NCBI GenBank assembly: GCA_043228905.1
Contig: JBHGNT010001066.1
Coordinates: 1 to 12,432, forward strand
Direction of reading: 5' to 3'
Source of the DNA: Azolla caroliniana
Lineage: Eukaryota; Plantae; Polypodiophyta
DNA: 12,432 nt
A program made the translations under genes and the position numbers. Shown in pieces: positions 7,457 to 12,432 of this stretch (positions are counted from its first letter, which is position 1; every line of letters begins with the position of its first letter). Below the pieces are notes generated by a model. The model searched no databases and was not told the DNA's origin. It was given only the letters and a program-made list of their open reading frames with translations.

Positions 7457-10400
7457 TCAACCGGACCGATATGTTGTTACGCCCATTTGTTGCCGAAGAG
7501 ACCGGAACTGGTCTGCCGAAAGACACTTGGTCATTCCATCTATGACATTATCGGTTGTGGATATCTTCTCTAAACCGATTTTCCCGGAAATGACGCAGTC
7601 CCGAACAAAGTGATATTGAACTTCGATATGCTTGGAGGCGTTGTGATGAACCAGATTTTTCGACAAAGAAACGTCACTCTAACTGTCGCTGTAGACAACT
7701 GGAGCCAAGTCGGAGTCGACTTGCCGAAACGTGTGCACCAACAGACTGAGCCATAAAGCTTCTTTCGTTGCGTCGGAGGCAGCTACATATTCTGCTTCGG
7801 TCGTTGAGGTGGCTGTGCACTCCTGAAGTTTCGACTTCCACGAGATTGCTCCATTGCCAAATTTAAAGCAGTATCCGGTTGTTGACTTGCGACTGTCCAC
7901 ACAGCCGACGAAGTCCGAGTCAGTGTAACCGACTACACCTGAAGTTGAGTTCGGACCGAAAAGGATGCCGTGGTCTTTTGTGCAAGCTAAATATCTGAAC
8001 ACATGCTTGACTGCGTTCCAGTGCGATCGGCCAGGATTGTACATAAATCTGATGATGACTCCTACGGCATGAGAAATATCAGGCCGTGTTGCGACCATCG
8101 CGTACATTAGAGAGCCTACTGCCGGTGCATACGGTACCGACTTCATATCTTCCCCCTCCGGACCGGATGTCGGGCAGTCTCGTTGAGAAAGCCGAAGATG
8201 AATGGGGAGCGGGGTCGAAGTAGACTTGGCCGATTGCATGTTGAAGCGTTCCAAGACACGTCTGATGTAGTTGGTTTGAGACAAAAAAAGCTGTCTTTTG
8301 GCGCGATTCCGACTAATCTTCATTCCGAGTATGTGTCTTGCCGGACTGAGGTCCTTCATGGCAAACTTCAATCGCAGTTTCCGAACGAGTTCGGTGAGCT
8401 CTCCGGTATGCCGACCGGAGAGTAGCATGTTGTCCACGTAGATGATGAGGAAGACGGGAGAATCGTCTTGAGCGGTTTTGGTGAAGAGGCAGTGGTCCTC
8501 ATCGCTCTTGGAGAAGCCGACCGACTGGATGAAATCGTCGAACTTCTTGTACCACTGTCGGGGTGCCTGTTTCAGGCCGTAAAGACTCTTCCTGAGTCGG
8601 CAGACTAGATGTTCCTGACCGGTGGCCACAAAGCCTTTCGGCTGCTCCATGTAGATTTCCTCCTTTAGATCACCGTGGAGGAATGCCGTTTTCACATCAA
8701 GCTGAATCAACTCCAAATTGTCATTTTCACCACTGGTGAAAAGATTTCGTCGAAGTCGACGCCATATTCCTGTCGAAATCCCTTCGCAACTAATTTGGCC
8801 TTGTACTTTGGGGTGGTCGAGTCGGACGTCTCCTTTAGTCTATAGACCCACTTGCAAGGAAGAGCATGTCGATTCTTCGGTAAGTCGACCAGATCCCAAG
8901 TCTTGTTGGCACAGATGGAGTGCATTTCCGACTCCATTGCCAGATGCAAGGTGGCTGAATCGGCAGCTGCTGATGCTTCTTCGTAGGACGTTGGTTCGCC
9001 GGCGTCGGTGAAGAAAATTCCGGGAGAGTACCTCTCCGGAGGTTGCGACAGTCTCTTGGATCTTCGAGGTATGACTGGACTGGTCGCACTGGGTGTCGAT
9101 GTCGGATGGTCGAAAGCCGAGCCATTCGGTTGTGTCGAATCTGTGGATTCGGTGCGAGAGAGGTCGGTTACCCGTGAAACCGGTCTCGTGTTGTGTGCTG
9201 GGCCGTCAAGAAGGGTTGACACTTAGGAAAATATTACCCTTCGGACTTCAATAGGCCTTTCGGCCGTTTTGTGCATAGTCAACTCGTTGAACACGACGTC
9301 CGAACTTCGGACGATTTGCCTGTGCTCGGGGTCCTAGAGTTGGTATCCGATCTCGCCGTCGAGTCCATACCCGAGGAAAACACATTTCCTTGATCTCGGT
9401 TCGAGTTTTTGGCGGTCGTCTTTCGGTATGAGGGTGTATGCCTCGCAACCGAAAATCCTCAGCTTGTCATAATTCAGCTTTTTGCTGGTCCATGTTTCCT
9501 GAGGTATCTTAAGTCCTAGAGGTCTACTTGGCGACATATTGATTATGTGTACTGCCGTGAGTAGAGCCTCTGCCCAGAAGCCATCCGACAGTCCGGAGTG
9601 TTGGAGCATGGATACAACGCGTTCTTGAATCGTCCGATTCATGTGTTCTGCGATTCCGTTCTGCTCCGGACTATATGGTGCCGTATATTCACGTCTAATG
9701 CCGCGTTCTCGGCAAAATTTGACGAATTCATCCGATTTGAACTCACCTCCATTGTCGGTTCGGAGACACTTCAGTTTCCGACCGGTCTGGTTTTCGACCA
9801 TTGCGAGCCAATCTGAGAAGATCGAGAACACCCGATCTTTGGTTTTGATGGGGTAAGCCCACACCTTTCGAGTCGAGTCGTCAATGAAACTGACGAAGTA
9901 CGAGGCACCACCGAGTGACTGATGTGGCATTGGGCCACAAACGTCCGAGTGGACCAGATCGAGCGGGCTCGACTCTCTTGGTTCTAATGTCGGGTGTGAT
10001 GCGGCTACCTGTTTGCCGTACTGGCAATGCTCGCAAAACTGATGGTCTGAGAAGGAGAGTTTCGGGATGTATCCGGCTCTGGATAGGTGCGTGATGCCGG
10101 CCTTGCTGAGGTGTCCGAGTCGTCCATGCCATAAGGATGACACAGGGATATCTACCAGAAATAAGTCACCCTCTCTGAGTGTGACATACAAAGGGTACAA
10201 TGAGTGTACCTTTGGTCCTCCAGCAAGCAGGAGGTTCCCTCTGTGGAGTGTCCACCCTCCTGATGAGAAACCAGCACGGATGCCAGCTTCATCAAGTTGT
10301 CCGACTGAGATCAAGGGTCGTGAGAGCTCAGGAACGTGTCGGACGTTGTGTAGTACGAGTGTAGAGCCACCCGGAAGGTTGAGCTCTACGGTGCCGATTC

Positions 10401-11445
10401 CGATGATAGCACAGTGCTGCGGATTTTTGACCCGAACTGAGTCGGAGTGCCGGTCCGAATATTGCCGAAACTGTGATCGGTGAGGTGTCACGTGATACGA
10501 CGTGCCCGAGTCCACAAGCCATGTGCTCGATTCCTCAGTCGTAAGCAGAACTTCTGATTCGACTGGATTCTCTATGGACAATATGTTCGGGTCGGTCGTC
10601 AATATCTCGGCTGAAGAGCCAACGTAGTTGACTTCCTCATGCCGATTACTCCTCTGATTAGCTCTTTGAGCTTTGTCTATCCTTGACTTGAGTACCCGAC
10701 AGTCGGCCTTCATGTGTCCCGGTTTCTTGCAGTAGTTGCAGATTCGGGTTTCCCGGGACTTGCTGCGGCTTCGCTGATTTGTCAGCGGTCGGGAAGAGCT
10801 TCTTCCCCGGTTGTTCGATCGGTCGGTCGAACCTTGTACTACATAGGCTTCTTTTGCCGAGTCTTTGGTGAAAGACTTTCTCCGAGCTGCTTCAGTCAGG
10901 ATTGCACTTGTGACTTCGGAGTACTTGATGGCAGTCGTAGAAGCGTTGCACACAGTTGTAACGAAGGTTTCCCAAGAGGAGGGGAGACTACTCATGAGTA
11001 TCATTGCTCTGAGTTCATCCTTGATTGTCGTCCCCTGTGACGAGATTTGGGAGCTCAAACTTTCGTACTCGTTAAGGTTTGCCTGAACCGAATCGGAGTC
11101 TTTCATCCGCAAGTTGTAGAGGCGCCGGATCAAATACATCTTCGTTGAGGCGACCTTCTTTTCGTAGGTTTCCGACAACTTCTTCCAAAGTTCGAAGGCT
11201 GTCGTGCACGATTGCACTGTGAAGTACACTGACTCCGACAGGTGCATCCGAATCGTGGCGCGAACGATTCTGTCTAGCTTCTGCCACTCATTTGCCTTGT
11301 ATATTTCTGGAGCAGTTTCATTCTCAATCGGATCGATCTGACCCTTGACTATAAGATAGTCCTGCATTTGCTCCTTCCAAAAATTGAAGTTCGAACCGTC
11401 GAACCTCCTTAGACTCATTTCCGATGAGCCGGATGTTGATGCCAT
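7457..11445 (-). pseudogene. gag-pol: Copia gag-pol polyprotein, disrupted
   Basis: CCHC knuckle CNYCKKPGHMKADC (10699-10740); protease WLVDSG; pre-integrase WHGRLGH...CEHC; integrase VHSD/RTDNGGEF/NGIAE; RT QLDVKTAF, LYGLKQ, YVDN; RNase H YTDSD, TEAEY, KHIE. Stops at 9334, 9223 and 7679, and a frameshifting deletion near 8718. Confidence 0.95.
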
Positions 11446-12136
11446 CAGATTCGGTTTCGGTTGACGAAGCTCGGTTCGGAGTTGACTACGAACTTTGTTG
11501 GAGTGCAGCCGGTCGGCTCACCCGATATCGTTCTAGTCGGATTTGAACCCGAGTTGGTTCGGTTTTGGATATATGTATTGTTGAACTTGCTCGAATTGAC
11601 TCCGGTAACTTGAGGGACATAACCGACTGGTCTCCCTGAATGTTGCCGAGTCAGAGTGAGCCCGGTTTGCTTACGGATATATATGCCAAATACCGATTAT
11701 TGAAGCCGATTGTCTGGACCGATTTTGCTTCGGGTGACTGCAACGACGAGAGAGACGGATCCAATTGATCCTCCCGAATGTCGATCAATCGGATGAAGCA
11801 TGAATTGGGGTTGTTGTCTTGAGACGGATCTGCACCGAGTGGTTACAACGGGCGGCGAGCAGCGTTCGGTGACCTGTTCGGATGCCATTTAACCGAGTGG
11901 AGCACGATCGTGTCAATGTTGCACAAGGGGATTTCACCTCGAGCAGTTACGATCACGAGGAACAGAGTACAGCCGGCTGGCTTACTCCAAGCGAAGATGA
12001 TCTAACGCGATGAGATGCAAGCCTCGTTTTTCTTCTTCTTCTCTCTTCTCTGTTTCTTCAAATACAAAACAGAAAAAAGGAATGTTGTGATCCAAAGATT
12101 CGAATGGCGGCCGGCAGCGGGATGAAGGACATCCTC

Positions 12137-12148
12137 GCTCTGATACCA
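12137..12148 (-). other. Copia primer-binding site, tRNA-iMet
   Basis: TGGTATCAGAGC on the - strand, 2 nt from the LTR end. Confidence 0.95.
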
Positions 12149-12253
12149 AATGTAGGGAATGAACAAGGCCGTCAGTGCGGAAGAGATCACACAGTATGAT
12201 ACTGTGAGGAAGAAAATACCTGCATATAAGAAAGGCAAGAACTAAATATGTAC

Positions 12254-12275
12254 AGAGAGAGAGAGAGAGAGAGAG
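12254..12275. repeat. (AG)11 microsatellite in the Copia 5' LTR
   Basis: Direct count. Confidence 0.95.
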
Positions 12276-12361
12276 GCACAGAGAATATATATCTATATTC
12301 ACAAAAGGGCAACAACTATATCAATGAACAACCAACCTTTACAAAAGGTTACAAAGTCACT

Positions 12362-12368
12362 TTATATA
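12362..12368 (-). promoter_or_regulatory. Putative TATA box of the Copia 5' LTR
   Basis: Copy of 7169-7175. Confidence 0.6.
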
Positions 12369-12432
12369 GTGACTCACTTAGGGCAACTGCCCTTTAAGTT
12401 GTTTACAGAAATAGCCCGAACTTGGGCTCTCT

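Larger units (their letters stand above)
1..12432 (-). mobile_element. Ty1/Copia LTR retrotransposon (Tnt1-like), interrupted by the Gypsy insertion; both termini fall just outside the window
   Basis: Domain order gag-PR-INT-RT-RH on the - strand, with an iMet PBS and PPT. The LTR at 12151-12432 matches 1-100 joined to 7035-7239. Confidence 0.95.
12151..12432 (-). repeat. Copia 5' LTR (truncated by the window; about 44 bp predicted beyond it)
   Basis: Ends ...CCCTACA on the - strand next to the PBS. Colinear with the reassembled 3' LTR (7 substitutions plus a microsatellite length change). Confidence 0.95.

Noticed and set aside
11446-12136. Extra gene in the roughly 690-bp Copia leader, or an env-like ORF in either element
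   Set aside because: Only a 63-aa featureless ORF lies in the leader, and both 3' UTRs are under 200 bp.
101-12432. Fungal RIP as the mutational source
   Set aside because: The sequence remains GC-rich and lightly mutated, and changes concentrate at CG and CHG rather than at CpA generally.

Overview
The whole window is eukaryotic (most likely land-plant) retrotransposon DNA, with no host genes. A Ty1/Copia element lies on the - strand, spanning 1 to beyond 12432, with a tRNA-iMet PBS and a decayed gag-pol ORF at 7457-11445. Its 3' LTR is split by a full-length 6.9-kb Ty3/Gypsy element on the + strand (101-7030; LTRs 619/621 bp, about 1.6% diverged; 4-bp TSD ACGT). The Gypsy element is atypical for plants: an 18-nt tRNA-Trp PBS, a D-H-G protease motif, an FLDD RT motif, no chromodomain, and an RT that looks fungal-like by eye. 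Its protease sits in the gag ORF, and RT-RH-INT lies in the -1 frame behind G_GAU_UUU_UAG plus a bulged stem-loop, a candidate plant-virus-style programmed -1 frameshift. Both elements are inactivated, mostly by transitions at CG/CHG sites. All comparisons were done by hand; no searches were run.
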